The notes under the pieces were generated by a model. That model saw only the letters and a program-made list of their open reading frames with translations. It had not been told where the DNA came from and ran no database searches. The translations under genes and the position numbers were made by a program. Of a stretch of DNA of 64,000 nt, positions 27,111 to 37,862 are shown piece by piece. The number at the start of each line of letters is the position of its first letter. The first letter of the stretch is position 1. The DNA comes from Candidatus Omnitrophota bacterium. GTDB taxonomy: Bacteria > Omnitrophota > Gorgyraeia > Zapsychrales > Fredricksoniimonadaceae. The stretch is taken from assembly GCA_044225175.1 (NCBI GenBank), contig JBGAJA010000002.1:82917-146916 (forward strand). Direction: 5' to 3'.

Positions 27111-27295
27111 GAATTCCCCCTGTGGTAAATGATTAGTAATAAACTTAAACTGTTGGGGAGTTAATAATAAATTCCGGTTGGGGAAACCGGATGAATCTGA
27201 AGCTGATTAATCTTAATCTATGGTCTTAAAATGTCAAGATCGTTCAAAGCTTGCCTGTGTTGACTGACGTCATCTTCCTCTTTATAATCACCTCT

Positions 27296-27799
27296 ATGAA
27301 TATCTACATTTTACGGCATGCCATTGCTGTCGAGCGCGGGACTAAGGGGTTTGAGGATGATAATAAGCGACCTTTGACAGTCGATGGTATTGCTAAGATG
27401 AAAGAAAATGCTCGTGGACTTAAATGTTTAAAGCTTTCTTTTGATGTGATCTTTTCAAGTCCTTACCTTCGAGCCAAACATACGGCAGAAATTGTCGTTC
27501 AAACATTCAAAACTAAGCAAACCATTATTCTGACTAAGAATCTCACTCCTGATGTGCCTTTTAAAGACCTTCTTTTAGAAATCAACGCCAAGGCTAAGAA
27601 CCAGTCGAATGTCCTCTTAGTGGGGCATGAACCACATTTAGGCGGATTGATTTCTTTTCTATTAGATGGTCAAGAGGATTTGTCCTTGATCCTCAAAAAA
27701 GGCGGGTTTTGCCACTTGATTGCAGAATATCCAATTAAGCCGGGGTCAGCGAGTTTAAGTTCTCTTTTAACCCCGGCCCAACTTCGTTTAATTCACTAA
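27296..27799 (+). CDS. sixA: Phosphohistidine phosphatase SixA
   Basis: LRHAIA, RPLT, SSPYLRAKHTA and LVGHEP motifs. Start at ATG 27296 after TTGACT-17-TATAAT. Confidence 0.9.
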   Translation: MNIYILRHAIAVERGTKGFEDDNKRPLTVDGIAKMKENARGLKCLKLSFDVIFSSPYLRAKHTAEIVVQTFKTKQTIILTKNLTPDVPFKDLLLEINAKAKNQSNVLLVGHEPHLGGLISFLLDGQEDLSLILKKGGFCHLIAEYPIKPGSASLSSLLTPAQLRLIH

Positions 27800-28213
27800 C
27801 TGAGCATTCATCGTAATTTTGGCATTCAATAATCTTGAAATAGGACATCCCGCTTTAGCATCATTAGCTGCTTTTTCAAAGGCTGCTTGATCTGCGCCAG
27901 GAATTTTGGCCTTTACATCCAAATGAACAGCTGTCACCGTCCATCCTTGGTCTAACTTATCCATAGTGACTGTAGCTGCAGTTTCAATTTTATCCGCCTT
28001 TAGATTGGCATTGCCCAATTGAGCAGAAAGTGCCATGGAGAAACATCCAGCGTGGGCCGCCCCAATTAATTCTTCAGGATTCGTTCCAGGACCATTTTCA
28101 AAACGTGCCGTAAAACCATAAGGAGCATTCGATAATACCCCTGTCTCCGTCGAAATACTTCCCTTGCCTGTTTTCAAATCTCCTATCCATATTGCTGAAG
28201 CTTTCTTTTGCAT
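27788..28213 (-). CDS. osmC: OsmC family peroxiredoxin
   Basis: [21 protein letters not shown] and GCPISR motifs. Confidence 0.93.
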   Translation of the reverse strand: MQKKASAIWIGDLKTGKGSISTETGVLSNAPYGFTARFENGPGTNPEELIGAAHAGCFSMALSAQLGNANLKADKIETAATVTMDKLDQGWTVTAVHLDVKAKIPGADQAAFEKAANDAKAGCPISRLLNAKITMNAQLVN

Positions 28214-28239
28214 AACGTTCTCCTTAATAATTACTATTA

Positions 28240-28722
28240 TTAATTTAATTCCCTCATCAAACTATCAAAGTCTAACGCATTAGTATACATCGTAAGCTCT
28301 CCCTTATCTGTCCTAGGCCATTGGTCTTTTGGACGATCGACATAGATTTCAATGCCATTACTATCTGGATCAGAAAAGTAAACTGCTTCACTTACACCAT
28401 GATCAGCTGCACCTTCAATAGGCCAATCATGTTCTTGAAGACGTCTAACTGTTTGAGCTAGAGATTTTCGATCTGGCAAAAGAATCGCAAAGTGGTATAA
28501 GCCAGTATGCCCGCGTTTAGGAGCAGATCCACCCTTACTTTCCCAGGTATTAAGACCAATGTGGTGGTGATAGCCACCCGCAGAGAGAAACGCCGCAGTA
28601 TTCCCCATCCGTGTTGTGACGTCAAATCCAAGGACTTGAGTGTAAAACTGAATCGAGCGCTCCAAATCAGATACCTTCAAATGCACATGGCCAATTCTTG
28701 TTTGAGGGGCGATAGAATCCAT
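28240..28722 (-). CDS. VOC family protein (catechol 2,3-dioxygenase-like half)
   Basis: IGHVHLKV, GGYHHHIGLNTW and DHGVSEAVYFSDPDSNGIEIY motifs. Confidence 0.88.
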   Translation of the reverse strand: MDSIAPQTRIGHVHLKVSDLERSIQFYTQVLGFDVTTRMGNTAAFLSAGGYHHHIGLNTWESKGGSAPKRGHTGLYHFAILLPDRKSLAQTVRRLQEHDWPIEGAADHGVSEAVYFSDPDSNGIEIYVDRPKDQWPRTDKGELTMYTNALDFDSLMRELN

Positions 28723-28733
28723 AAAATTTCTTC

Positions 28734-29240
28734 TTATGCTTTTCCTAAATAATCTTTCTTCCCCAAATCAACACCATTGTGTCTTAAAATCGCATATGTC
28801 ATGGAGGAATGAAAATACAAATTAGGCAGGACAAAATGCAATAGATACACTTGACCTGGAAATACCATTTCATTGCCGCCTACTTTCAACTTAATGTTAC
28901 GTTCCTCACTACCGTCGATTTGGTTGGCTTTAAAGCTCTTAACAAAATCAATTGTCTTAGCAATACGGGCTTGAAGCTCTGCAAATGTCTTCTCGGTGTC
29001 AGGATAACTTGGCACCTCTGCCCCTGCTAAACGGGCTGCTCCCCCTTTGACCATATCCGCTGCTATCTGGACTTGACGCGAGAGTGGAAACATATTCAAG
29101 GCAAGGCGGGCATTCAAAATGACATCTGGTTCAATTTTCTTTTCTTGGGCGTGACTTTCTGCTTTTTTCAAAATTTCGGATAATACGCTAAGGTGGTGAA
29201 CAAAAACGGGGATGGATGCTTGATACATGGATAAAGACAT
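28734..29240 (-). CDS. DUF1993 family protein (DinB-like)
   Basis: ARLA..MFPLSRQVQIA and PNLYFH..YAILRHNGVDLGKKDY motifs. Confidence 0.85.
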   Translation of the reverse strand: MSLSMYQASIPVFVHHLSVLSEILKKAESHAQEKKIEPDVILNARLALNMFPLSRQVQIAADMVKGGAARLAGAEVPSYPDTEKTFAELQARIAKTIDFVKSFKANQIDGSEERNIKLKVGGNEMVFPGQVYLLHFVLPNLYFHSSMTYAILRHNGVDLGKKDYLGKA

Positions 29241-29316
29241 ATAAGACTCCTTGTTGATCGTTAAACAACATTTAATGTTACTATCATAGTAACATATTGT
29301 TCTTTTGCAATCATTA

Positions 29317-30078
29317 TTAGTTCTTCAGGCGATAGCCCGTCTTAAACATCCATCTGACTAACACAATGCAGGATACAAGGAAGACAAAAATCATAAAAAG
29401 GCTTAAAGATAAACTAACATCGGCAGATTCATAGAAACTCCACCTAAAACCGCTGATCAAATACACAACAGGATTAAGAAGTGAAACTTTATACCAAAAT
29501 GGCGGAAGCATATTGATCGAGTAGAAACTTCCACCCAAGAATGTCAAGGGGGTCACAATCAACATGGGAATGATTTGCAGCTTCTCAAATCCATCTGCCC
29601 AAATCCCTATAATGAAACCAAAAAGACTAAATGTCACAGATGTTAAAACTAAAAAGAAGAACATCATAAAAGGATGTTTGATTTGAAAAGGCACGAAGAA
29701 TTGCGCGGTAATTAAAATCAATATCCCTAAGATAATAGATTTAGTTGCAGCAGCTCCCACATAGCCTAGAAGAATTTCAACATAGGCAATTGGCGCCGAT
29801 AGGATTTCGTAAATGGTCCCAGTAAATTTAGGGAAGTAAATACCAAAAGATGCGTTCGAAATGCTTTCTGTCAAAATCGAAAGCATCACAAGTCCAGGAA
29901 CTATAAAAGCTCCATAGTTAATACCATCGATATCTGTGATGCGAGAGCCTATGGCTGAACCAAAAACGACAAAGTACAACGTTGTTGAAATAACCGGAGA
30001 GGCTATGCTTTGACCGATCGTCCGCCACCAGCGCGACATTTCAAAATAATAAATAGAGTAAACCGCATGCAAGTTCAT
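29317..30078 (-). CDS. ABC-2 transporter permease (YadH-like)
   Basis: [21 protein letters not shown] and [11 protein letters not shown] motifs. Confidence 0.9.
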   Translation of the reverse strand: MNLHAVYSIYYFEMSRWWRTIGQSIASPVISTTLYFVVFGSAIGSRITDIDGINYGAFIVPGLVMLSILTESISNASFGIYFPKFTGTIYEILSAPIAYVEILLGYVGAAATKSIILGILILITAQFFVPFQIKHPFMMFFFLVLTSVTFSLFGFIIGIWADGFEKLQIIPMLIVTPLTFLGGSFYSINMLPPFWYKVSLLNPVVYLISGFRWSFYESADVSLSLSLFMIFVFLVSCIVLVRWMFKTGYRLKN

Positions 30079-30995
30079 TAGGCTTTCACCAATTCAATAA
30101 AGATCTCTTCTAGAGAACTTGTCTTACTATGAATATCCACATAAGGAACTTTGGCTAAAGATAACGCATCCATGAGTCTAGAAATGTTTCCATCCTTAGT
30201 TGAATCATACGCATAACTCAATTGGCTGCCTTCTGGATTAAGAGAAAGGCCCCAAGAAGACAGTTCTAAGGGAATGGCTTTTAACGGAGTCTTTAGATCA
30301 AACATAAGTTGTTTGCGGCCAAGCTTTTTCATCAATTCTTTCTTATTTTCAGTAACTATAATCTCACCCTTATTAATCACACCGATGCGATCTGCCATTT
30401 CTTCAGCTTCATCAATATAGTGGGTAGTTAATATAATCGTTACTCCCATTGCTTTGAGGGCCCACACTTGGTCCCACATGTCTTTGCGTAAATTAACATC
30501 GACCCCAGCTGTTGGCTCGTCGAGAAATAAAATCCTAGGCTCATGGGAAAGCGCCTTGGCAATCATGACACGCCTTTTCATCCCACCTGAAAGAGTCATG
30601 ATCTTGCTGTCTTTTTTGTCCCACAATGATAGTTGCTTGATGATTTTTTCAGTGAAGGCATGATCTGGGGCTTTACCAAATAAACCACGGCTAAAATTGA
30701 CCGTATGCCACACAGATTCAAATGCATCGGTTGCAAGTTCCTGGGGAACCAGTCCGATTAAGGAACGAGTTAGACGAAATTCCTTAATAATGTCGTGTCC
30801 ATCGACTAGAATTTCTCCGCTGGTTGGGTTGATAATGCCGCAAATGGCATTAATGAGGGTTGTCTTGCCAGCTCCATTAGGCCCAAGCAAGGCAAAGATT
30901 TCACCTTTAGAGATATCTAGATTGATATCTTTAAGGGCCTGAAAGCCACTGGAATAAATCTTATTTAGATTTTTAATGGAAAGAATGGAAGACAT
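30078..30995 (-). CDS. ABC transporter ATP-binding protein (YadG-like)
   Basis: [16 protein letters not shown] and [11 protein letters not shown] motifs. Confidence 0.93.
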   Translation of the reverse strand: MSSILSIKNLNKIYSSGFQALKDINLDISKGEIFALLGPNGAGKTTLINAICGIINPTSGEILVDGHDIIKEFRLTRSLIGLVPQELATDAFESVWHTVNFSRGLFGKAPDHAFTEKIIKQLSLWDKKDSKIMTLSGGMKRRVMIAKALSHEPRILFLDEPTAGVDVNLRKDMWDQVWALKAMGVTIILTTHYIDEAEEMADRIGVINKGEIIVTENKKELMKKLGRKQLMFDLKTPLKAIPLELSSWGLSLNPEGSQLSYAYDSTKDGNISRLMDALSLAKVPYVDIHSKTSSLEEIFIELVKA

Positions 30996-31020
30996 AATGG
31001 GAAATTATCGGGACTACCTT

Positions 31021-31623
31021 TTAGCCATCCATCAAACGCTTTTTATTGTAGATCATGCTACCACGGGAGTATTCAGCGGTATCGAGCTTTCCAGTGTCCA
31101 TGCGAATAGCATCTTCTGGGCAAACTTCTACACAAAAACCGCAATAAACGCATTTGCCTAAATCCAGGACGAATTCGGCAGGATACTTCTCAATATTAGG
31201 ATCTGGGTGTTCTGCAGCTGTAATTTCAATACAACGAGCTGGACAAACGGTTTCACACATCATACAAGCTACACATCGTGGAGAACCATCTTCTCTTTTC
31301 ATCAAACGATGACGAGTTCTGGTACGTTTGGCCAAAGGTCTCTTTTGTTCTGGGTATTGATATGTGACCGCAGCCGGAACGTCTTTATAAAGACCAAACA
31401 CATGCAGAATATGTAAGCTTAAGTTTCGGAAGAAATGTTTGGAAGTAAGATAAAGCCCGCTAAAAAGCATAGGGAAATAAGTATTCTCCCACCATGTCAG
31501 TTCTCGACGGTCCTTTTGTTGCCAGGCTCGTTTCATTTGAGAAACACGTAACAACGCAAATGGGCTTTTGGCATCAAAATACTTCTCAAGTTCTGCTCGA
31601 CGTTTTTCGTTTGGATTTTCCAT
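31021..31623 (-). CDS. nuoI: NADH-quinone oxidoreductase subunit I
   Basis: CVACMMCETVCP and CVYCGFCVEVCP, two [4Fe-4S] motifs. Confidence 0.93.
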   Translation of the reverse strand: MENPNEKRRAELEKYFDAKSPFALLRVSQMKRAWQQKDRRELTWWENTYFPMLFSGLYLTSKHFFRNLSLHILHVFGLYKDVPAAVTYQYPEQKRPLAKRTRTRHRLMKREDGSPRCVACMMCETVCPARCIEITAAEHPDPNIEKYPAEFVLDLGKCVYCGFCVEVCPEDAIRMDTGKLDTAEYSRGSMIYNKKRLMDG

Positions 31624-31630
31624 AATTTAC

Positions 31631-32716
31631 CTAATTTAAAAGCGTTATGACAATAGCTGTGATAGCAATATTAAATAACGATGCTGGAAGTAAAATCTGC
31701 CAGCCTAAGCGCATCAGTTGATCGTAGCGGAATCTTGGTAATGTCCAGCGAATGGCCATCAGTACCCATATAAAAAAACCAACCTTGGTAAAGAAAGCTC
31801 CTACACCTAAAAGAGTGACGGCCAAATTGCTAAGAAGGATTTGTCCACCCCAGGGAAAGAAAAACCCATCATGAAAAAGATAAGGAATTTGCCATCCACC
31901 AAAGAACAAAGTTGTCATTAATGCGGCGACAAGCACTGTTTCAATCAAATCTGCTAAAAAGAACATGCCAAACTTCATACCGCTATATTCAACGAAATAT
32001 CCAATGATTTCGCTTTCTCCTTCAGGAAGATCGAATGGTGTGCGTTTGGTCTCAGCCGTGGCTGCCGTTAAAAACAAAAAGAAGGCTAAAGGCTGAACAA
32101 AAACTCCCCATTTAGGAAGCCATCCGGAAAACATATAGTCTCCCTGGGCTCGTACAAGCATTTGAAGATCAAGCGTGTTAAAGACCATGATGACACCCAT
32201 AATGGCAGCACCCATGGTGATTTCATAAGCAATCATCTGGGCGGCCCCACGCATGCCCCCTAGAAATGCATAATTATTATTGGAAGAAAATCCAGCTAAA
32301 ACAACACCGTAAACCCCCATAGACATCATGGCAAAAACAAAAAGCAAGGCTACGTTAATATTGGCAGCCTGTAGTTCAATCACACGGTCTCCGATGATCA
32401 ATTGATTACCAATCGGAATGGCGGCAAATCCAACGAGAGCAAAGACAACGGACAGATAAGGAGCCAAATTAAATAAGAATTTATTCGCCCCTTGAGGCAT
32501 AAATTCTTCTTTGCTTAACATCTTTAGCACATCTGCAATCGCATGGAATAAACCTAAAGCTTTGAATCCAAAAATGGACGCACGGTTAGCTCCAATACGG
32601 TCTTGCATAACAGCACTTTGCTTGCGTTCAACCCAAGTCAAAAGACCAGCAATATTAAACATGATAAATATCGTGCCGGATGCTAGTGCAAATTTAATTA
32701 AAATGTCGATCCACAT
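31631..32716 (-). CDS. nuoH: NADH-quinone oxidoreductase subunit H
   Basis: WVERK..QDRIG, RTPFDLPEGESE, VEYSG and PRFRYDQLM motifs. Confidence 0.95.
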   Translation of the reverse strand: MWIDILIKFALASGTIFIMFNIAGLLTWVERKQSAVMQDRIGANRASIFGFKALGLFHAIADVLKMLSKEEFMPQGANKFLFNLAPYLSVVFALVGFAAIPIGNQLIIGDRVIELQAANINVALLFVFAMMSMGVYGVVLAGFSSNNNYAFLGGMRGAAQMIAYEITMGAAIMGVIMVFNTLDLQMLVRAQGDYMFSGWLPKWGVFVQPLAFFLFLTAATAETKRTPFDLPEGESEIIGYFVEYSGMKFGMFFLADLIETVLVAALMTTLFFGGWQIPYLFHDGFFFPWGGQILLSNLAVTLLGVGAFFTKVGFFIWVLMAIRWTLPRFRYDQLMRLGWQILLPASLFNIAITAIVITLLN

Positions 32717-32719
32717 AGT

Positions 32720-34285
32720 TTATTTTTTTAAAACCATTCCTTGATCACCGATTGCCTCATATGACATTCCAGAAAAGGGCGCCACGCTTGCGGCAATGTC
32801 TTCAAAGATATCTTGAGACTTTTTATGATGAAATGCTGTTCCTAGCTTTTCACTTAATAATCTTACAATTTCCCAGTCGCCCTTTGACTCTCCTTTTGCC
32901 ATGAATGCAGGCCAGATTCTTTGCACGCGGCCTTGGCAATTGGTAAATGTTCCGTCTTTCTCGGCGTAAACAGCGCTTGGAAGGATCATATGCGCATAAG
33001 AAGCTGTTTCGTTGATATTGCTGCCTTGATAAACGAAAAGCTTGACCTTTTTAGCAACTTCTTCGACGGTCTGCTTGCCAAATAATTTAACTAAATCATG
33101 TCCAAAGACGTAAAGCACCTCAATTTTTCCTTCTTTGGCTTGTTGAATAATGTCTTTGGAATCACTGTCTCCTAAAATTGTCACTGCCCCTGCTGTATTA
33201 GGGTTACGGTCTGATTTTAAGAGAAAATCATCACTCTTACCTGGTTGCTCAGGAACTTTGAAGGCCACTTGTGCTTTCAGGCTGTCCTTAAATAATTTAC
33301 GAATAACAAAAAGGTCTTCATTGGTCAGTTGGGCAGATGCAATGACGCCCACTTTGTTTCCTGCTGCCTTAATGCTTTTGGCTAAAGTATCCATGGCTTG
33401 TTCCCAAGAAACAAGATCATTTTTGATTTGCGGGGTTGTGATTCTTTTTTCATCAATAAAACGATAGTTATAGCGACCCACATCACAAATCCAATAATCA
33501 TTCACATCTGGATTAAGCCTGGGTTTTAGACGCATAACCCGCTCTGGTTTATCTGCATGAGGCCGTGACTTGTCCCAATCAATGTTGATATTGCATCCCA
33601 TGCTGCAGCCGGGACACACAGACTTTGTGTGGTCCAAATACCAGACGCGGCATTTGAAACGAAAATCTTTATCTGTTAATGCACCCACAGGACAAATATC
33701 AACGACATTTCCTGAATAATTATTATCTAATTCTTTCCCGGGATACACATCAACCTGGGAGTGGTCGCCTCTTTCAAAAACACCTAATTCATGAGTCTTG
33801 CTAATATTGTCTGTAAAGCGAACACAGCGCGTACAAAGAATGCAGCGCTCTTGATCGAGCATAACGTTCGGTCCAATAGAAAAAGCCTTCTTTTCCTTTT
33901 TGACCTTCACATCATCGAGCCGGCTATTGTACTTACCATGATCCATATAGTAGTCTTGAAGCTTACATTCACCAGCTTGATCACAAACTGGACAATCGAG
34001 CGGATGATTAACAAGTAAGAATTCCAAAACCGTTTTACGTACTTCTAAAACTTTAGGCGAGTTGGTCTTTACAATCATTCCATCAGCGACGGGGGTATAG
34101 CAGGCAATTTGCAGTTTAGGCTGTTTTTCAACTTCCACCATGCAAATGCGGCAGTTTCCAGACACAGGCAATGACTCATGATAGCAGTAGCGTGGAATAT
34201 CAATTCCTAACTTGGCTGCTGCTTGAATGATCGTTGTTCCTGCAGCTACTTCAATTTCTTTTCCATCAATCGTTAATTTTGGCAT
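32720..34285 (-). CDS. nuoG: NADH-quinone oxidoreductase subunit G (short form)
   Basis: IPRYCYH, GNCRICMVE, HPLDCPVCDQAGECKLQ and RCILCTRCVRF motifs. Confidence 0.93.
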   Translation of the reverse strand: MPKLTIDGKEIEVAAGTTIIQAAAKLGIDIPRYCYHESLPVSGNCRICMVEVEKQPKLQIACYTPVADGMIVKTNSPKVLEVRKTVLEFLLVNHPLDCPVCDQAGECKLQDYYMDHGKYNSRLDDVKVKKEKKAFSIGPNVMLDQERCILCTRCVRFTDNISKTHELGVFERGDHSQVDVYPGKELDNNYSGNVVDICPVGALTDKDFRFKCRVWYLDHTKSVCPGCSMGCNINIDWDKSRPHADKPERVMRLKPRLNPDVNDYWICDVGRYNYRFIDEKRITTPQIKNDLVSWEQAMDTLAKSIKAAGNKVGVIASAQLTNEDLFVIRKLFKDSLKAQVAFKVPEQPGKSDDFLLKSDRNPNTAGAVTILGDSDSKDIIQQAKEGKIEVLYVFGHDLVKLFGKQTVEEVAKKVKLFVYQGSNINETASYAHMILPSAVYAEKDGTFTNCQGRVQRIWPAFMAKGESKGDWEIVRLLSEKLGTAFHHKKSQDIFEDIAASVAPFSGMSYEAIGDQGMVLKK

Positions 34286-35544
34286 ACATGCTCACATTTC
34301 TTATGATTCACATGGTCTTCAAATTCACCTCTAAATTTCGAAACATAGCTTCCCACAGACATGGTCACTGCATCTCCAAAAGCGCAAATGGTGTTTCCAC
34401 CGATATTATTCACGATGCCTGGCAAATTCTTAAGATCATGGGGCTGACCTTCCCCATGATAAATTCTTTTCACATTGCGATACACCCAGCCAGAACCTTC
34501 ACGGCAAGGAGAACATTGTCCGCAGCTTTCATGGGCAAAGAACCTGGCGGCAATGAGCGCTGCTCGAACCATACATGTGGTGTCATCCATGACAATGACT
34601 CCTCCGGATCCCGCCATAGAACCAATTGCCTTTAGAGAATCAAAATCCATTTTTACATCCAACTGGTCCGGCGTTAAGATCGGCGCAGAAATCCCTCCAG
34701 GGATAACAGCTTTAAGTTTTCGGCCATTAGGAATTCCACCGGCATGATCATAAATGATTTCGCGAAGGGTAGTTCCATTAGGCAACTCGTAGACTCCTGG
34801 TTTGACCACATGACCGCTCACACAAAACAAACGATTTCCCCCGTTTTTCTCACATCCTAATTTTGCAAACCATTCACTCCCATTTAAAAGGATAGGAGGC
34901 ACACAAGCTAATGTCTCGACGTTATTAATGACTGTAGGGCATCCAAATAAACCAATGACAGCGGGAAATGGGGGCTTAAGTCTTGGGAAACCTTTTTTAC
35001 CTTCCAATGATTCCAACAGAGCTGTTTCTTCACCACAGATATACGCCCCTGCTCCTTGGTGGACAACCACATCCAAATCAAAGGTTGTTCCCATGATTCC
35101 TTTTCCTAAAAATCCTTTTTTGTACGCCTCATCAATGGCCCCCTGCAATCTTGCAATAGGAATTAAATACTCTCCTCGGATATAGACATAGGCTTTGTGA
35201 GAACCAATCGCATAACACGTGATAATAACGCCTTCTAAAAACGCATGAGGATCAAGTTCAAGAATATATTTATCTTTAAATGTGCCTGGTTCACCTTCAT
35301 CGCCATTGACTACTAAATATTTAGGTTTTGGACTAGCAGGATTAATAAAGCCCCACTTGGTACCCGTCGGAAAACCAGCACCACCAAGGCCTCGAAGATT
35401 AGATTTCTTGACCTCTTCAATGACAGCAACTGGTGTCATGCCCGTTAATGCTTTGCGAGCGGCTTCATATCCTTTATTGGCCACATAAGTATCCAGGCGA
35501 TAGGAATTAGCTTTATCAAAATTTCTAGTGACGATCTTTTCCAT
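34273..35544 (-). CDS. nuoF: NADH-quinone oxidoreductase subunit F
   Basis: GAGFPTG, DEGEPGTFKD, GAYICGEETALLESLEG and ESCGQCSPCREG motifs. Likely start at ATG 35544 (MEKIV). Confidence 0.95.
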   Translation of the reverse strand: MEKIVTRNFDKANSYRLDTYVANKGYEAARKALTGMTPVAVIEEVKKSNLRGLGGAGFPTGTKWGFINPASPKPKYLVVNGDEGEPGTFKDKYILELDPHAFLEGVIITCYAIGSHKAYVYIRGEYLIPIARLQGAIDEAYKKGFLGKGIMGTTFDLDVVVHQGAGAYICGEETALLESLEGKKGFPRLKPPFPAVIGLFGCPTVINNVETLACVPPILLNGSEWFAKLGCEKNGGNRLFCVSGHVVKPGVYELPNGTTLREIIYDHAGGIPNGRKLKAVIPGGISAPILTPDQLDVKMDFDSLKAIGSMAGSGGVIVMDDTTCMVRAALIAARFFAHESCGQCSPCREGSGWVYRNVKRIYHGEGQPHDLKNLPGIVNNIGGNTICAFGDAVTMSVGSYVSKFRGEFEDHVNHKKCEHVCQN

Positions 35545-35545
35545 A

Positions 35546-36007
35546 CTATTTATTTTTCTCAATCATTTCGTCGATCTTTTTCTTGTTTAAAAGCCCCACA
35601 TAATCTTTATTGCATTGCATGACTGGCGCATGCTCACAGGCGCCTAAACATTCAACAACCGTTAAACTGAATTTACCATCTTTGGTTGTCTCACCATGTT
35701 TAATCCCTAAACGATTTTCAATATGTCCAATGACATCTTCCCCGCCTAACAGAGCGCATGCCGTTGTCTGACACACGGAAAAATGGCACTTCCCTTTTTT
35801 CTCTCGATGAAACAGATGATAAAAGGAAACAACTTCATGCACATGGACAACAGGTATGCCTAAGCGGTCTGCTGCTTTTTGCTCTGATTCAGGAGAAATA
35901 AAACCTTCTTTCTCTTGAAGGAAATGCAACACAGGCAAAAGCGCTGCTTTTTTATCTTCGTAAAGGTTTACTATTTTATCGATGTCTTGTGAATAATCTT
36001 GGGCCAT
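35546..36007 (-). CDS. nuoE: NADH-quinone oxidoreductase subunit E
   Basis: VVSFY, VCQTTAC and ECLGACEHAP [2Fe-2S] motifs. Confidence 0.94.
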   Translation of the reverse strand: MAQDYSQDIDKIVNLYEDKKAALLPVLHFLQEKEGFISPESEQKAADRLGIPVVHVHEVVSFYHLFHREKKGKCHFSVCQTTACALLGGEDVIGHIENRLGIKHGETTKDGKFSLTVVECLGACEHAPVMQCNKDYVGLLNKKKIDEMIEKNK

Positions 36008-36011
36008 ATGA

Positions 36012-37337
36012 TTATCGATCTAATTCTCCAGCAATCATGTTGACTGATCCAAATGTGGGGACCAAATCTGCCATGGAGTCTCCAATTAATAGTTTAGGTA
36101 ATGCGGCCATGATGGGAAAACATGGCGGGTGAACACGAACGCGCCAGGGATGGTCGCGGCCATCAGAGACAATATAAAAGCCTAACTCTCCATTAGCTCC
36201 CTCGACGGGACAGTAGACTTCCCCCACTGGAGGACGAATCCCATGTCCATACATGACTAACTTAAAATGGTTCATCAGACCTTCGATGTTGCCATATGTT
36301 TCTTCTTTAGCTGGCAGCACAACACCTTTTTGGTCTGAATTAATCGCATCACGGTATCTCTTAGTACTTCCTTGTAAGGTAGGGTCCAAATCAACTTCAA
36401 ACTCTTTTAAACCTTCTGTTTCTCCCATCTTGGCATGATCCACCATTTGAGCAGCACTCATTACCTCTCCTGTTAATTCCCCGGAGATAGGTCCATCAGG
36501 AATAAGCTGAAAACATTGTTCAATCATTCTCAAAGATTGTTCCATCTCCGCCATACGAACAAAATAACGGTCCAAATTGTCTCCCTTAGTGCCTACGGGA
36601 ACTTCAAAATCTAATTTATCATAGATCAAATATGGGTTTGCCTTACGCACATCGTAAGCCACCCCTGTTGATCTTAAAAATGGTCCTGTGATTCCAAAGG
36701 CAACAGCATCTTTAGCAGAGAGCTTGCCAATGTCTTTCATGCGATCAAAGAAAATTCGATTACGGGTTAAGAGCTCATCGCCTTCAATTAAAACCTTACG
36801 GACCTCAGCTATTTTCTTAAAACATGTGTCAGCAAAATTTGGTGTTAAGTCAGCCTTCACTCCGCCAATACGCACATAAGAAATTGTCAAACGTGCACCG
36901 GTAATTTCTTCGACGATCTCATAAAGCATATCGCGGGCTTTGATCATATAAAGAAACACCGACATGGCGCCTAATTCCATGGCGGATGCACCAATACATG
37001 TCAAATGATCAGTGACACGGGAAATTTCACTCATGATCACACGGATATATTGGGCACGTTCTGGGACTTGAATGTCTAAGAGTTTCTCAACAGTCATTGC
37101 AAAGCCAACATTATTAATCAAAGGAGAAACATAATTAAGGCGGTCGGTATAAGGAAAGCATTGGGCATACATGACGGTTTCGCACATTTTTTCGAAAGCG
37201 CGATGAAGATAACCTATTTCCACATCCACATTTCTGATCTTCTCCCCTTCAACTTCCAGGACAAGACGAATGACCCCATGCATAGCTGGATGGGAAGGGC
37301 CTACATTTAAAAGCATTGTACGTGATTGAGTAGCCAT
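36012..37337 (-). CDS. nuoD: NADH-quinone oxidoreductase subunit D
   Basis: GPSHPAMHGVIRL, IGYLHR, DRLNY, EGANGELG and GELDR motifs. Confidence 0.95.
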   Translation of the reverse strand: MATQSRTMLLNVGPSHPAMHGVIRLVLEVEGEKIRNVDVEIGYLHRAFEKMCETVMYAQCFPYTDRLNYVSPLINNVGFAMTVEKLLDIQVPERAQYIRVIMSEISRVTDHLTCIGASAMELGAMSVFLYMIKARDMLYEIVEEITGARLTISYVRIGGVKADLTPNFADTCFKKIAEVRKVLIEGDELLTRNRIFFDRMKDIGKLSAKDAVAFGITGPFLRSTGVAYDVRKANPYLIYDKLDFEVPVGTKGDNLDRYFVRMAEMEQSLRMIEQCFQLIPDGPISGELTGEVMSAAQMVDHAKMGETEGLKEFEVDLDPTLQGSTKRYRDAINSDQKGVVLPAKEETYGNIEGLMNHFKLVMYGHGIRPPVGEVYCPVEGANGELGFYIVSDGRDHPWRVRVHPPCFPIMAALPKLLIGDSMADLVPTFGSVNMIAGELDR

Positions 37338-37367
37338 TTAAGTCTTCTCCGCCAAAGGCGGATCAGT

Positions 37368-37862
37368 CTAAGACTGAGGTCCTATTAAAGGTTGACGTTT
37401 ATTAAAGCTATAGTCCTTGCGCAACGCATGACCTTGAAATTCTTCATACATCAAAATACGTTTCAAATTTGGGTGTCCGGTAAAACGAATCCCAAACATA
37501 TCCCAAACTTCTCGTTCATACCAATTCGCAGAAGGCCATAAATCACTTAACGTATTCACTTCTGGGGTACTCTCAGCTACAGGAACTTTAATACGGATAC
37601 GATGATTGTGTTTTAGTGAATAAAAATGAATAACAACTTCAAAGCGATAATCTTTTTGAATGCGTCCACCTGCAAAGAACAGATAATCCACGGCAGTCAA
37701 ATCCATCAGATAATCAAAAGCAAGTTCCGGAGTATCCTTTAAAAATAACGCAACGGCCCTTAAGGCTTGTGGTTTAATTAAGACAGTATCATCTCCTCGA
37801 AATGAATGACTTTCGATGATCTCTGAAGCAAATTTTTCTTGGACTTTTTCTAAGGGTGTCAT
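37368..37862 (-). CDS. nuoC: NADH-quinone oxidoreductase subunit C
   Basis: ANWYEREVWDMFGIRFTGHPNLKRIL and GHALRKDY motifs. Confidence 0.95.
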   Translation of the reverse strand: MTPLEKVQEKFASEIIESHSFRGDDTVLIKPQALRAVALFLKDTPELAFDYLMDLTAVDYLFFAGGRIQKDYRFEVVIHFYSLKHNHRIRIKVPVAESTPEVNTLSDLWPSANWYEREVWDMFGIRFTGHPNLKRILMYEEFQGHALRKDYSFNKRQPLIGPQS

